From NCBI RefSeq assembly GCF_020745735.1, contig NC_083446.1:4154001-4218000 (forward strand): DNA of 64,000 nt, written 5' to 3'. A program made the translations under genes and the position numbers. The first letter of the stretch is position 1. Each line of letters starts with the position of its first letter. The notes beneath the pieces were generated by a model. It had not been told where the DNA came from. It worked only from the letters and a program-made list of their open reading frames with translations, and made no database searches. Of this stretch, positions 1 to 11,734 are shown piece by piece. Source of the DNA: Hemiscyllium ocellatum. Lineage: Eukaryota.

Positions 1-178
1 GGTGGAGAGAGCCGTAGTTTGGCCCACCCAGTCATCAACCCCAGGACATTTCGCCATGCAGCCCAGCGAGGGACAGGCGTGGGAACAGTGAGGATTGGAG
101 GGGGGGTGAGATGCTGGGGGGGGGGGGAAATGAATGAATAAAAGGACAAAGGCAGAGAGAGAACGTCAAGCAACTCAC

Positions 179-266
179 AACTCAGTGACCCAGCCAGTCT
201 CCTTGGTGTAAACGACCTCTGACACGGGCAGACAGCCGACGTCTGTGAACGTCGCCACGTATTGCA
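179..266 (-). CDS. Ependymin-like protein, coding exon 5 (VQYVATFTDVGCLPVSEVVYTKETGWVTE-); the final exon lies outside the window
   Basis: Pyrimidine tract and CAG acceptor (267-268), GTGAGT donor (173-178). The 88 bp fit phase 1 in and phase 2 out. The TFT..GCxPV motif is typical of ependymins. Confidence 0.88.
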
Positions 267-689
267 CTGGGCGGAGCGGGGGGGGAGGAAAGAACAAAAA
301 ACACACATTGGTAAAGACAGGGTTAAGTCAACTGCCCAGTTCTGAAAATGGTTCACCTGACACAAAACATTAACTCTGGTTTCTCTCCACAGATGCTGCC
401 AGACCTGCTGAGCTTCTCCAGAAATATCTGTTTTTGTCTCCATTCGGATAGAAGTTGACCGATTTGGTTGCATCACGTGCAGACTGTTCCATCATGGAGG
501 GTGGGGTGGGGGGAAGCATGGGAGGAATTGCTTGAATTTATAACTACATGGGGGGGGGGTCAGTGGAATTACCATTTCAGAAAGCCCAGGGGAGGTGGTG
601 GACTGCATTGCGTTGAGAGTCTACCAACACACACACTTCGTGACCTGTTGAACTCCGCGGGGTGGGTTCTTGTCCGCTGCACCATGGGG

Positions 690-890
690 TCGGGGCTGGC
701 TAGCTGAATTAGCTGGACAGCTGGTTGGAATGATGCCAACAGCATGGGTTCAATCCCCCACACTGGCTGAGGTTACCATGATGGGCTCTCCTCAACCTTT
801 CCCCTCATCTGAAGTGTGGTGACCTCACGCTAATCCATCACCCATCATCTCCCACTAATGTGAGAGCAGGCCTTTGCTCTGGTAACACTT
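690..890 (+). mobile_element. Old tRNA-derived SINE (family not assigned); a related 3' fragment lies at about 7085-7200
   Basis: tRNA-like head (ggggctggctagctg...gggttcaatccc) and a body shared with 7085-7200. Confidence 0.5.
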
Positions 891-1879
891 TAGTGAAATT
901 GACCTTTTGCTAGGTTGGCTCTGTACTTTGCCAGTGTGTTTCTATTCACGCACCTTTGTACCAGCTGGAGGGTCACCTGTGGGTTTGTTTTGGGTCTGGC
1001 TCAGGCTTTGGGATCAGATTTCCTCACCAGGAGTGCCCGCTGTCCCTTGGTGCCACCTGTGTATCAGAAACACTTGGAGCATGTTTGGATAGGTGGGACA
1101 GACCACAATGTTAACAGCTGCTGGTGTCTTAGTGCACTTGTTGCAATAATTTTGGCTTGTAGGTTTGCCACCCTGACTTGACACTTGGATTCGTCCTCAA
1201 GCAACTCAATGTTCTGGCCCTTGCACGCACCCAAAAGGTCCTTCCTAAAGGAGATGTAGAGATGGTGACCAGTTTGAGGAACCTCTCAAGACAGTTCCTC
1301 TTTGGGAAGGACATAACCATCCTTGGCTGTGGAACTGATCAATAGGCTCTTGGGGGTTGGTGTCTTGCTAATCCTAAAGATCATTCTTCTCCCGAGTTGG
1401 GCTTCAAGCGTAATTCCAATCTTTTCTGGATCACCTACTGCTCGATCTGTAATATAGATCTGCCTGTTGTTCGAACAGTTATAATTCAGCGAAGATTCAT
1501 GTTTTCACTGGACACCCGCTCCAGGTTTTAAGCGTTTTTTTTCTGGTGGAGCTTTGGAACTGTACTTTTCAGAGCATTTGGCCATCTTTTATTTTTTAAA
1601 GAGTCTCAAGCCTCTTACATTGAGAGGGCAAGCAGACTCTTCAATGAAGAGCTAACAGCTCTGATGAAGAATCATCTCAACTCCGCACGTTAGCTTGCTT
1701 CCTCTCCATGGATGCTGCCTGACCGGCTGTGATCTCCAGCATTTTTTTCAGCACAGATTCCAGCATCTGCTGTAATTTGCTCTGCCAGCCTCTTATGCTT
1801 GTTCCTTTTAGAGAGAGAAAGAGTACCATCTGTGCTTCAGTAAAGGTTGGTACTCTTTGGTTCAGCTAAATGGACAATT

Positions 1880-2096
1880 AGAGCGGAGCTGGAAAAGCAC
1901 AGCAGGTCAGGCAGCATCCGAGGAGCAGGAAAATCGACGTTTTGGGCAAAAGCCCTTCTTCAGGATTCCTGATGAAGGGCTTTTGCCTGAAACGTCGATT
2001 TTCCTGCTCCTCGGATGCTGCCTGACCTGCTGTGCTTTTCCAGCTCCACTTTAATCTTGACTCTGATCTCCAGCATCTGCAGTTTTCACTTTTGCC
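1880..2096 (+). mobile_element. Palindromic mini Penelope-like (Neptune-type pLTR) insertion with hammerhead cores
   Basis: ~85 bp inverted arms centred near 1965; CTGATGA-A-GGGC-TTTT-GCCT-GAAACGTC; flanking direct repeat taaatggacaattag/tgaatggataattag. Confidence 0.8.
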
Positions 2097-2128
2097 TGAA
2101 TGGATAATTAGCCTTTCAAGTAAGACAT

Positions 2129-2337
2129 GAGCTGAAAATGTGTTGCTGGAAAAGCACAGCAGGTCAGGCAGCATCCAAGGAACAGGAGAATCGACATTTC
2201 GGGCATGAGCCCTTCTTCAGGAATTTATGCCCGAAACATCGAATTTCCTGTTCCTTGGATGCTGCCTGACCTGCTGCGCTTTTCCAGCAACACATTTTCA
2301 GCTCTGATCTCCAGCATCTGCAGTCCTCACTTTCTCC
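2129..2337 (+). mobile_element. Palindromic mini Penelope-like insertion
   Basis: Inverted arms, a 33-nt unmirrored tail (2305-2337) and a 14-bp TSD ttt(c/t)aagtaagaca. Confidence 0.8.
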
Positions 2338-3542
2338 TTTTAAGTAAGACACTCCTAGAAATTTCTTCTATTTTGAAATAACAGTCTAATGTTTAAAAAC
2401 GTGTTGTCTTGATGATTAGTGACCTGTCTACAAATCTGTACAGATGACTGCCCTCTCAAAAACCGATACCGAAGAGCGACAAATAGTTACAGTGTCGGAA
2501 TTCCCTATTGTCCAAGGTTGTTGTCTGGTTGCCCTTCAATTAGTTTTCCAAATATCTAACGGCAAAACTGCGGAGGCTTCTGAAGACAGCCATGTTAACC
2601 TCAGGGAGAGTTAGTCTCCAAAAGGGTACTTTCCTGATGTGGTAAGGCTCATGTTATCATCGTAAGAAACTGGGCATTGATAGGGTGTCATTGAGCAATA
2701 GACATTTAGAACAACTGATTCCTGATGAAGGATATTTGCCCGAAATGTCAATTTCCCTGCTCCTTGGATGCTGCCTGACCTGCTGTGCGTTTCCAGAACC
2801 ACTCTAATCTTGACCCTAATCTCCAGCATCTGTAGTACCCACATTTACCTATTAGATGTAGACACTACATTCTTCATATGCAGTTAAGATTACAAAGAGC
2901 AACATGCTTCCAGCAGCATGTCATGCCTCAAGGGATCCTGGGATAATAAAGAGTATGAGATCTCTGCACCCTCAGTTATGGTACACTGACAATATCACCG
3001 GCACATCTCTTAAAGGTAGACTGACCTATTGATCATGAGACATAACATCAGATCTTTCAAGAAAGATTGTAAATGTATGTACACAAAGGACACCTCCTTA
3101 GCAATCTTGGAAAATAAAATAAGGCAGTTGATGTTGAGTCAATCATAGATGTCAAAGCCAGGATGACAGAGCAGCCATTGTTTCACGGAATGGTAGAAGG
3201 TGATGAAGGGGCTAAATGATCTCCTCCTTTTCAGAGGATCCTTTGGCATGAAGACCAGAGAAGGTTCAATCCTGGTTGTCAGCCCAACAGGATGGTATCC
3301 TTCGACATTCTGACAGGGGGTGAGGGGGAAGAAATGATCATTGAGGAGGATTCCACAGCTCTCACCTGGAATCCGGTTGAAGGGGGAGGTCAGCACTGAA
3401 TTGGCACACTGCGTTCTCTAAAGAAAGGGTCCCGTTCAGCTCGGGAGCTCAAGGGGCTTTCTCGTAATGAGAGAGCGCGCGCGCGCGAGAGAGAAATAAG
3501 CAGGAAGGAGAAGGCTAAATAGGAATCCACCGACGCTCTTAC

Positions 3543-3723
3543 CAGTGTCAATTTCGCCACGCCAAACATTGGCCAGTACCCCCTCTCTTGGAGCAGAGGA
3601 GCCTCCGATATAGATCTGAGAAACAAATGTTGCATTGCGGGGAATTGCAATGGGCAGGAATGGAACACGGAGAGGCAGCTTCACACAGGTCTTATTTTGG
3701 GGGTAGAATTGGTACATTATGTT
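3543..3723 (-). CDS. Ependymin-like protein, coding exon 4 (NIMYQFYPQNKTCVKLPLRVPFLPIAIPRNATFVSQIYIGGSSAPREGVLANVWRGEIDT)
   Basis: ttgcag acceptor and gtaaga donor; 181 bp. Ependymin motifs MYQ..N.TC.K..L..PF.P..IP.NATF..Q..IG.S....G...N.W and two N-glycosylation sequons (NKT, NAT). Confidence 0.92.
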
Positions 3724-4114
3724 CTGCAAGGAGAGGAGAGAAACAGAGAGGAGTTACACAAGGGAGCTTCACAATACCACCCAGTTCGACAGATCAGAAC
3801 CTCTGGCCTACTGCCCACCTTCCCAGGTGGAAGGGTTAGACCTCGCTCTTCCATCCATTGAGTTATTTCTGTGCTCAACATCCCACACATACTGCTGTGT
3901 TAATTCATTAATTTTACTTCTTAAATTAATTCATTGAAGATTAAATCGATGATTGACCCAGCAGTTTCTCTGTTCTACCTCCAATGCTGCAATGTTGGAG
4001 ACAGTAGAGTGACAGTGCCACCTAGCAGCTACATCATGCAATTGTCGTGACAATTGTTTACATAGGGGACTCCTTTAACAATGATTTACAGAACTATTTC
4101 AGTCTGACATACGG

Positions 4115-4436
4115 AATAGAATCCCTACAATGCGGATCCAGGCACTTGGCCCGACAAGTCAATACCGACCCTCCCAGACCCATTCCCCAACCCTATTACT
4201 CTACATTTACCCCAACTAATACAACTGACCTACACGTCCCTGAACACTGACAACTCAACACAGCCAATCCACCTAACCTGCACATATTTGGACTGAGAGG
4301 GGAAATCGGAGCACGTGGAGGAAATCCACGCAGACACGGGGGAGAATGTGCAAATTCCACATGGACAGTCGCCCGAGGGTGGAATCACATCCCTGGTGCT
4401 GGGATGTAGCAGTGCTAACCACTGAGGCACTGTGTG
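4115..4436 (-). mobile_element. HE1-type V-SINE, older copy
   Basis: Diverged reverse complement of the HE1 body (gcagacacggggagaatgtgcaaa...gcagtgctaaccact). Confidence 0.8.
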
Positions 4437-4568
4437 TCGGGAGTAAACTTTGTAGATGGAAAATGATTTTTTTAAGAATAGTACAAGAATCAAGCATTAC
4501 TCAGAAGGAGAAGGGAAAATAGGAAGGTAAGGTAAGGCAAGGCAAGAAGATGGGATATAATTGAAATT

Positions 4569-4881
4569 GGGCGGCACGGTGGCACAGTGGTTAGCACTGC
4601 TGCCTCACCGCGCCTGTAGACCCGGGTTCAATTCCTGACTCAGGCGACTGACTGTGTGGAGTTTGCACGTTCTCCCCGTGTCTGCGTGGGTTTCCTCCGG
4701 GTGCTCCGGTTTCCTCCCACAGTCACAAAGATGTGCAGGTCAGGTGAATTGGCCATGCTAAATTGCCCGTAGTGTTAGGTAAGGGGTAAATGTAGGGGTA
4801 TGGGTGGGTTGAGCTTCGGCGGGTCGGTGTGGACTTGTTGGGCCGAAGGGCCTGTTTCCACACTGTAAGTCTAATCTAATC
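4569..4881 (+). mobile_element. HE1-type V-SINE, young full-length copy
   Basis: tRNA-derived head with A/B boxes, V-domain (tgtggagtttgcacgttctccccgtgtctgcgtgggtttcctccgggtgctccggtttcctcccaca) and a CR1-like tail ending in (TAATC)n. Confidence 0.92.
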
Positions 4882-5152
4882 AGTCTAAAGTTCTGACTTT
4901 GTGGTTCCTGTCTCTTGCCCTTAATTTCTGATGCACTGAACCGGTCACCTCAATGATTTTAAAGGACCCATTTCAATGCATGTAGACAAACAAAATCTCC
5001 AACATTTCACAAAGATCAAATCTGAAATTAAATCAGAAAGCAGGTTTCCTCACAGCCTGCAAACATCATTGAATACAGATCAAGCTTAATGTGATACATC
5101 TTTCAACACTTCGCAGTCTGATTCCCAAACAATAATAGCAATGTGACTTGCT

Positions 5153-5862
5153 CACAGTGTAGAGTGAGCTTTACTCTATATCTAACCCCGTGCTATCCCT
5201 GTCCTGGGTGTATTTGATGGGGGAACAGTGTAGAGAGAGCTTTACTCTATCTCACCCTGTGCTGTACTTGTCCTGGGAGTGTTTGATGGGGAACGGTGTA
5301 GAGGGAATTTCACTCTGTATCTAACCCCGTGCTGTCCCTGTCCTGGGAGTGTTTGATGGGGGACAGTGTAGAGTGAGCTTTACTCTATATCTAACCCTGT
5401 GCTATCCCTGTCCTGGGTGTATTTGATGGGGGGACAGTGTAGAGAGAGCTTTACTCTATCTCACCCTGTGCTGTACTTGTCCTGGGAGTGTTTGATGGGG
5501 ACCAGTGTAGAGGGAATTTCACTCTGTATCTAACCCCGTGCTGTCCCTGTCCTGGGAGTGTTTGATGGGGAGGCAGTGTAGAGGGAGCTCTACTCTGTAT
5601 CTAACCCCATGTTGTCCCTGTTCCTGGGAGTGTATTATGGGGGGCAGTGTAGAGGGAACTTTACTCTGGATCTAACCCTTTGCTGTCCCTGGCCCTGTCC
5701 TGGGAGTGTTTGATGGGGGACAGTGTAGAGGAAGTTTTACTCTATATCTAACCCTGTGCTGTCCCTGTCCTGAGGAGTGTTTGATGGGGGACAGTGTAGA
5801 GAAAGTTTTACTCTATATCTAACCCTGTGCTGTCCCTGTCCTGAGGAGTGTTTGATGGGAGA
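5153..5862. repeat. Minisatellite, ~70-bp unit x ~10
   Basis: Repeated unit acagtgtagagggagctttactctgtatctaaccccgtgctgtccctgtcctgggagtgtttgatgggg. Confidence 0.95.
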
Positions 5863-6034
5863 TGGTGGTGTGGAGCTTGGTGTTTGAAGTCTGAATGGAA
5901 GATATCCCAGTATTTCTATCCTTCACCATGAAACAATGATACGAAATGCTGCTGCATGTGGTGGGAGGCTCTTGTCAGGATGATGGGAGGGGGGTTACCT
6001 CATCAGTCAGAAACCTATTGGTCTGTAAACTCAC

Positions 6035-6172
6035 CTGTTTGTACAGGAGGAAATTGTACACAGAGATCTTAACGCCTTTCTCCATCAGCAGCACACTTTT
6101 GGTGCTTATCCTCTTGTGTGTCCCGTCAAAGGCGAACTTGGACCACATCTCAAAGTGTTTGCTTGGGTCGAC
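6035..6172 (-). CDS. Ependymin-like protein, coding exon 3 (VDPSKHFEMWSKFAFDGTHKRISTKSVLLMEKGVKISVYNFLLYKQ)
   Basis: ttttatag acceptor and gtgagt donor; 138 bp, phase 0-0. The F.FD...KRI and LLYK motifs match ependymin/EPDR (YDG.N.R.R ... LLYKDG). Confidence 0.9.
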
Positions 6173-6509
6173 CTATAAAATAAAATGGAGAAGGATGAGA
6201 CCAGCACTGGAAAACGTTATACCCGTGAGAAAAGTCGACTGCAGCTGTTTTTTGGGTGGGGGGGGGGAAGATAAGGTTCTTTTCTCTTCGAGAGGGAAGA
6301 CCTCAGAGATCTCTTAAATGATGAGGTGGTGGTAATTGATCGTTCCAGTCCCTAAGGCTGTGCAGTCATTGGTGAAGGAGGAAGTCTACGCCAACAGGAG
6401 GGGAAAAGGCAATAGCAGGAAAGGCTGATAAAAATGAGAAAATGGAGACAGCATCCAATTCTCCCTCTTTAAGAGATGTCGTGACATCACTGACTGGAGC
6501 CAGCAATGA

Positions 6510-7030
6510 TTGCTCCTGGGAAGGTGGTGGGGTGCTGGCTTTTTGAACCACAGTGCTTCAGAAGCTGCAGTGCTGTTTGGGAGGGAGCTCAAGGATTCGG
6601 GCCCAGTGACAGTGAAGGAACAGCAACATGGTGCGTGGCTCAGAGGGTGTCCTTCTCCTGGGGTTCACAAGGTGCTGTCTAAGGAGCCTTGGTGAGTGTC
6701 TGCAGTGCACCTTGCGGAGAGTACACACTGCTGCTACTGAGGGTCGGTGGTGAAGGGAGTGGGTGTTCGCGGATGGGGTGCCAATCAGATGGGTTGCTTC
6801 ATCCTGGATAGGGTTGAGCTTCTCGAGTGTTGTCGGAGCTGTCCCCATCCAGGGGCAAGTGGGGATTATTCCAACACACTCCTGACTTATGCCCTGTAAG
6901 TGGTGGATAGGCTTGGTGGTGGGGGTGAGGGGGTGAGGAGGTGAGTTTCTCGATCCAGGATTCCCAGCCTCCAACCTGCTCTGGCAGCAGCTGTGTTTAT
7001 ACGGCTGGCCCAGTTCAGTTTCCGATCATT
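6510..7030 (-). mobile_element. Old CR1-group LINE 3' fragment (same family at about 17780-18245 + and 29570-30385 +)
   Basis: Degenerate RT C-terminal peptide (APTTL.KL..IQD.A..LIG...HSLHH..SVAAVCT) and a recurring 3' UTR. Confidence 0.7.
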
Positions 7031-7596
7031 GGGACCACCCTAAGGCATTAATTGTGCCTTAAAGGTAAAGTTGTCACAGGCTTATCAACCTTGCCCCTCA
7101 ACCAAGACATGGTGACCTTTAGGTTTAACCACAACCAGTCATCTCTCGCTCCCTCGAGAGAGAGCCTAAATGTAGCATGATGGTTCACTAGGACTATGCA
7201 ATTAAAAAAAATGGGGATTCAGCAATGTTAACCGTCGAGGACGCTGGTGTGGCGCTTTCCTATCGGAAATAATGATTGCCCGGTACTTGCATGGCGTGTA
7301 TGCTGCATGTGAGATGGAAATGCAAACCTATACACTTGGACATGGGGGGACTGCTTCAGTCTCTGAGGAGTCGAACAAACAGCAAGTATCATAAGGTCAG
7401 AAGTGGTGATGGAGGGAAGGTCATTGATGAAGCAGTTGGAGATGGGTGGGCCCAGGACACTACCCTGAGGAACTCACACAGAGATGTCCTGGAGCCAAGA
7501 TGACCGGCCGAAGACAATTGTTTTGGTTTGATTATTCCAAAATACACGTGTTATCAATTTTATAAGATCTACTTCTGCTTGTCATATATATGACTG

Positions 7597-8525
7597 ATTC
7601 AGATGAAACTTAGGAGGCATGGTTAGTAATTTTGTGGATGACACCAAAATTGGTGCCACCGCTAATATTACAAAGGGACCGTCATCAATTGGATCAATGG
7701 GCTGGGGAGTGGAAAATGAAGTTTAATTTAGATAAATGTGAGGTTGTGCATTTTGGTAAAACCAAAAAAAGGGCAGGACTTTTACAATTAAAACCATTAT
7801 ACAATTAATGGCAAGGCCTTGGGTAGTGTTGTAGAACAGAGGGACTTAGGGTTTCAGATACATAATTCTTTGAAGTTTGGGTCTCAGGTAGGCAGGGTGG
7901 TTAAGAAGGTGTTTTGTATATTTGTCTTCACTGCTCAGACCTTTGAGTGCAGGAGTTGGGATGTCATGTTGAGGTTGGACAGGACTTTGGTGAGACCCCT
8001 TCTGGAATACTGTGTCCAGTTCTGATCGCCTTGTTATCGGAAGGGTATTACTAAACTGTAAAGGGTTCAGAAAAGATTTACTTGCCAAGACTGGAGGGTT
8101 TTAATTATAAGGATAGGCTGGGACTTTTTCACTGGAGCTTAGGAGGTTAAGAGACGACCTTATAGTGGTTTATAAAATCACGAGGGGCATAGATAACTTG
8201 AATAGCAAGGGTCTTTTCCCTTGGGTGGGAGAGTTCAAATCTGGGGGCTTATTTTTAAAAGATTTAAAAGGGACCTTTTTCACAGAGGGTGGTTTGTGTG
8301 TGGAATGAACTGCCAAAGGAAATGGTGGATGCATGTACAGTTACATTTAAAAGAAATGTCAATAAGTACATGAAAAGGAAAGAGTTGGGGTTATAGGCCA
8401 GGAGCAGGCAGGAGGGACCAGTTTGGAATGGGAACATGGTTGGTATGGATTAGTTGGACCAAGGAGTCTGTTCCCTTGCTGGTTGTGGGTACAGAGTTAC
8501 AGTCACAGAATCATAAAGTTCTGAT
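7597..8525 (+). mobile_element. CR1 LINE 3' fragment (RT C-terminus, degenerate)
   Basis: F(A/V)DDTK-like motif, LVRPLLEYCVQF and a CR1 3' UTR. Confidence 0.85.
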
Positions 8526-9073
8526 AACCATCCTCTTATGTGCCAGGTATGACTCTGTACAACTCTAGCAAAACCTCCCAACTTCAATATCTCTTATGGA
8601 CTTTCTACATCTGATAAGGCAAGAGCCCTGATCCAAACACACAATGCTCCACGTAGGGGAGTCTTGCTACAAAGAGAGTCACCCTGTTGAAACGTTTTGT
8701 CCTGCACTCAGCAGGACCGGATGGCAAAAAAAAATGCAAAATCTGCAAGGGGAACAACAGTGCAAACTGCACAATAGGCTGCTGTTTGGTGGCCAAGTGA
8801 CTCTGCTTAGTCATTGGCCAATCATCAACCTGACACGGGTTTAGGTTCAAAGGTGCCAGGGAAGAGTGGTCATTCCATGGTTTTGTTTAATTGATCAAGG
8901 TGCAATGGTTGGACATGTCCTTTCTGTTTGCAGAGGAGAGGGGTCCTGCATGTAAACACACTTAGCTTCAGGCAGGCATGGGCACACAGACATTAATGGT
9001 TTAATGCCCCCTCCTCAAAACTCTTGGGGGGGGGGAAATCAGAGACACCAAACATTATGGTCCTGATACTCAC

Positions 9074-9108
9074 GGTCAGCATTTGACCTTCCAGAAGATT
9101 GGGTCCAC
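9074..9108 (-). CDS. Ependymin-like protein, coding exon 2, 35-bp micro-exon (RGPNLLEGQMLT)
   Basis: tgtatcttgcag acceptor and gtgagt donor. It bridges phase 1 to phase 0 exactly and resembles the P..(W/L).G segment after the first Cys of ependymins. Confidence 0.85.
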
Positions 9109-9547
9109 CTGCAAGATACAAAGTAAGGGAAAAGCTCTGTTATAGGCAGCACAGGTCTAGTCGAGTGGATCATTGTACACGTTTACCATTGTCCACTGTC
9201 AAGCCACTAGATTTTCAGAAACATTCAGCCCAAGTAGACTCTGCCAGGGATTATATTCCACTTGGGTTTCCTCCATTCTAATGGGCTCAGCCCACATTGG
9301 TTCCCAGATCCCCTTATCCCTCTGTCACATGTGAAACCTCTCTTTAAATGCATTGATGCGATCTGCTCTCATGTCACTCGTGTGTGCAATTTCCACATCG
9401 TGCTGTCACGAAATTCTTCAGTTCTGTATTTGAGCTATTAATGGCTATTTGACATTTATGTGCACTAGTTCTTTACACAGACAAAGGAAAACTCCTGCCT
9501 ACCCCTTATCAACCACCCTATCAAGTTGGGTCACTATTTTTATTGCT

Positions 9548-10622
9548 TGTGACAATGCTGTGGCTTTAAGAATTGCGTTTTGTCCTGGTTTTATTTAAGA
9601 GAGAGATTGTGGGAATAGGTGTCAAGATTTAAAAGGGATCTGAAGGGCAACTTTTTCACAGAGGGTGGTTAGTGTGTGGAATGAACTGCCAAAGGAAATG
9701 GTGGATGCAGGTACAGTTACAACATTTCAAAGATATTCGAATAAGTGCATGAATAGGAAAGATTTGGAGGGTTATAGGCCGGGAGCAGGCAGGAGGGACC
9801 AGTTTGGAATGGGAACATGGTTGGCGTAGATTAATTGGACTAAAGAGTCTGTTCCCTTGCTGTCTGACTCTATGGTTCTGTGACTCTATAACTACAACCA
9901 TCTTTTTATGTGCCAGGTATGACTCTGTACAACTCTAACAAATCCTCCCTACTTCAATATTTCTTACGGATCTTCTGCATCTGATAAGGCAAGAGCCCTG
10001 ATCCAAACACACAATGCTCCACGTAGGGGAGTCTTGCTACAAAGAGAGTCACCCTGTTGAAATGTTTTGTCAATAGGTGTCTTGGAACAACAGTTTATGA
10101 GAAAACAAATATCTTGTGAAGCCTTGGGTGTTTTTTTGTAAAAAAAGAAAGCCAGAACAATAGAAGCAGCCTGAATGGGTGTGGTCCAGCTTCCATCCAC
10201 AGAACCTGGAATGTTTAGTTTTTAGTTTTCAGCAGCAGTTGCCATTGAGGGATCGAAGCGGAAGATATTTTTTCCCCTCTCTCGACTGCAGTCAAAAGCT
10301 GGGCTGCTCGGTTGCATGTGAGACAAAATCTGTTTTCTGGTTTTGTCTTTTGCCAAGGGCGTGTTTTCTGATGTTACTGTATTGGAACAGTCAATTAGTA
10401 GTAGTTACTGTATCCATTATTCTGTTAAGTTTTCCAATAGAGTTAAATTATTCCAAGTTCCTTTCTCTTTTGTTGTATTTTAAACTATCGTGTTTGAATA
10501 AACTGTGTTTTACTTAACTTCAAGTGGTTTGACCAATCGAATTGCATCTGGAACACAGCATTTATTTTTATGAAAAGAAAGAAAATTAGAGCGACCTTCT
10601 TTATATATTTTGGTCCAAAACA
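9548..10622 (+). mobile_element. Probable solo LTR interrupted by a 448-bp insertion
   Basis: TGTGAC...TCCAAAACA termini resemble the LTR at 27383-27998, with an internal AATAAA near 10497. The TSD is not clean. Confidence 0.5.
9624..10071 (+). repeat. Local duplicate of ~8259-8701 flanked by the 10-bp direct repeat AATAGGTGTC
   Basis: CR1 3' end plus ~175 bp of non-CR1 flank shared with 8259-8701; AATAGGTGTC at 9614-9623 and 10072-10081. Confidence 0.85.
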
Positions 10623-10685
10623 TATTATAGAAATTGTTTTTTGTTATTTTAACCTTGTTAAGTCCAGATATCTATTATATGGACT

Positions 10686-10976
10686 AGGTAAAAACAATGA
10701 CTGCAGATGCTGGAAGCCAGAGTTTAGATTAGAGCGGTGCTGGAAAAGCACAGCAGTTCAGGCAGCATCCGAGGAGCAGGAAAGTCGACGTTTCGGGCAA
10801 AAGCCCTTCATCAGGAATACAGGCAGAAGGGCCCACCCTCCTCTCACTTATCTCTCCACCCTTCAGGCTCTCTGCCTGTACTCCTGATGAAGGGCTTTTG
10901 CCCGAAACGTCGATTTTACTGCTCCTCGGATGCTGCCTGAACTGCTGTGCTTTCCCAGCACCACTCTAATCTAGAC
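10686..10976 (-). mobile_element. Palindromic mini Penelope-like insertion with two intact hammerhead cores
   Basis: Inverted arms around a ~45-nt spacer, cores at 10884-10911 (+) and about 10787-10814 (-), TSD tctattata(t/c)g(g/t)ac. Confidence 0.82.
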
Positions 10977-11734
10977 TCTATTATACGTACATCTTGCAAC
11001 TGAGCGCTCACTTTTAAGAATTCCAATGTCCCACATATATACAATGTTATGACTCTGCCTGGCAAGCTGGATAGACAGCAACCCGTTAGCTTGCTGTAAT
11101 GTCTGCTTCATAATTGTGTCAAACAAACTACCCGAGGTGTTAATCGATACTTAGACCTCTTTCATTAAGATGACTGTACCAACTCCTTCAACCTGCACCA
11201 CACCAAGGTGAAGAGAATTTCCCTGACACTCCGTACACAAAGTGGAACCTAGCACTCTAAAATTATCCAAGACTTGGAGATAACTGAAACATTACTTCTT
11301 TCATGTTCTCCATTGGATTAAAGCCCATCATTCCACCTTTTAAATTATTTTTTGTTCCTGTCTACCCTCTCCTGGTTAAAATGACACATACCTTTCATAT
11401 TTCCAAATCTCGTTGGCGAAAAATAAAGTTTCCCAGTTCACCCTCCTTGGCTTTGAAATGTCCAGCTTCTCACTTTCTCCACACTGAAGTCCATCCACTG
11501 CACTTATACCATCAATCCCCCACGTCCTTTCACAACTTTCTACTTACCTGTGACTTTATCAGGCAGAGAAGTTTCCATCCGAGATCACATGCTATCCTGT
11601 CTTGGACCAATGTCACATAAACGACAAGTCTCTCTCTCTCTCCCCAACCCCAATCTTGGCCAAGAGAGAGTGTTCCACACATTCAACACTCAGAAAAGTC
11701 CTCCGAATCTCTGTTCTAAATGGGAGACCGTGCA

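Noticed and set aside
4569-4645. tRNA gene-like sequence (also at the other HE1 heads)
   Set aside because: It is the tRNA-derived head of a SINE, continuing into the V-domain and LINE-like tail.
5153-5862. Regularly spaced repeats as a CRISPR-like array
   Set aside because: There are no unique spacers; whole units are tandem copies in a vertebrate intron.
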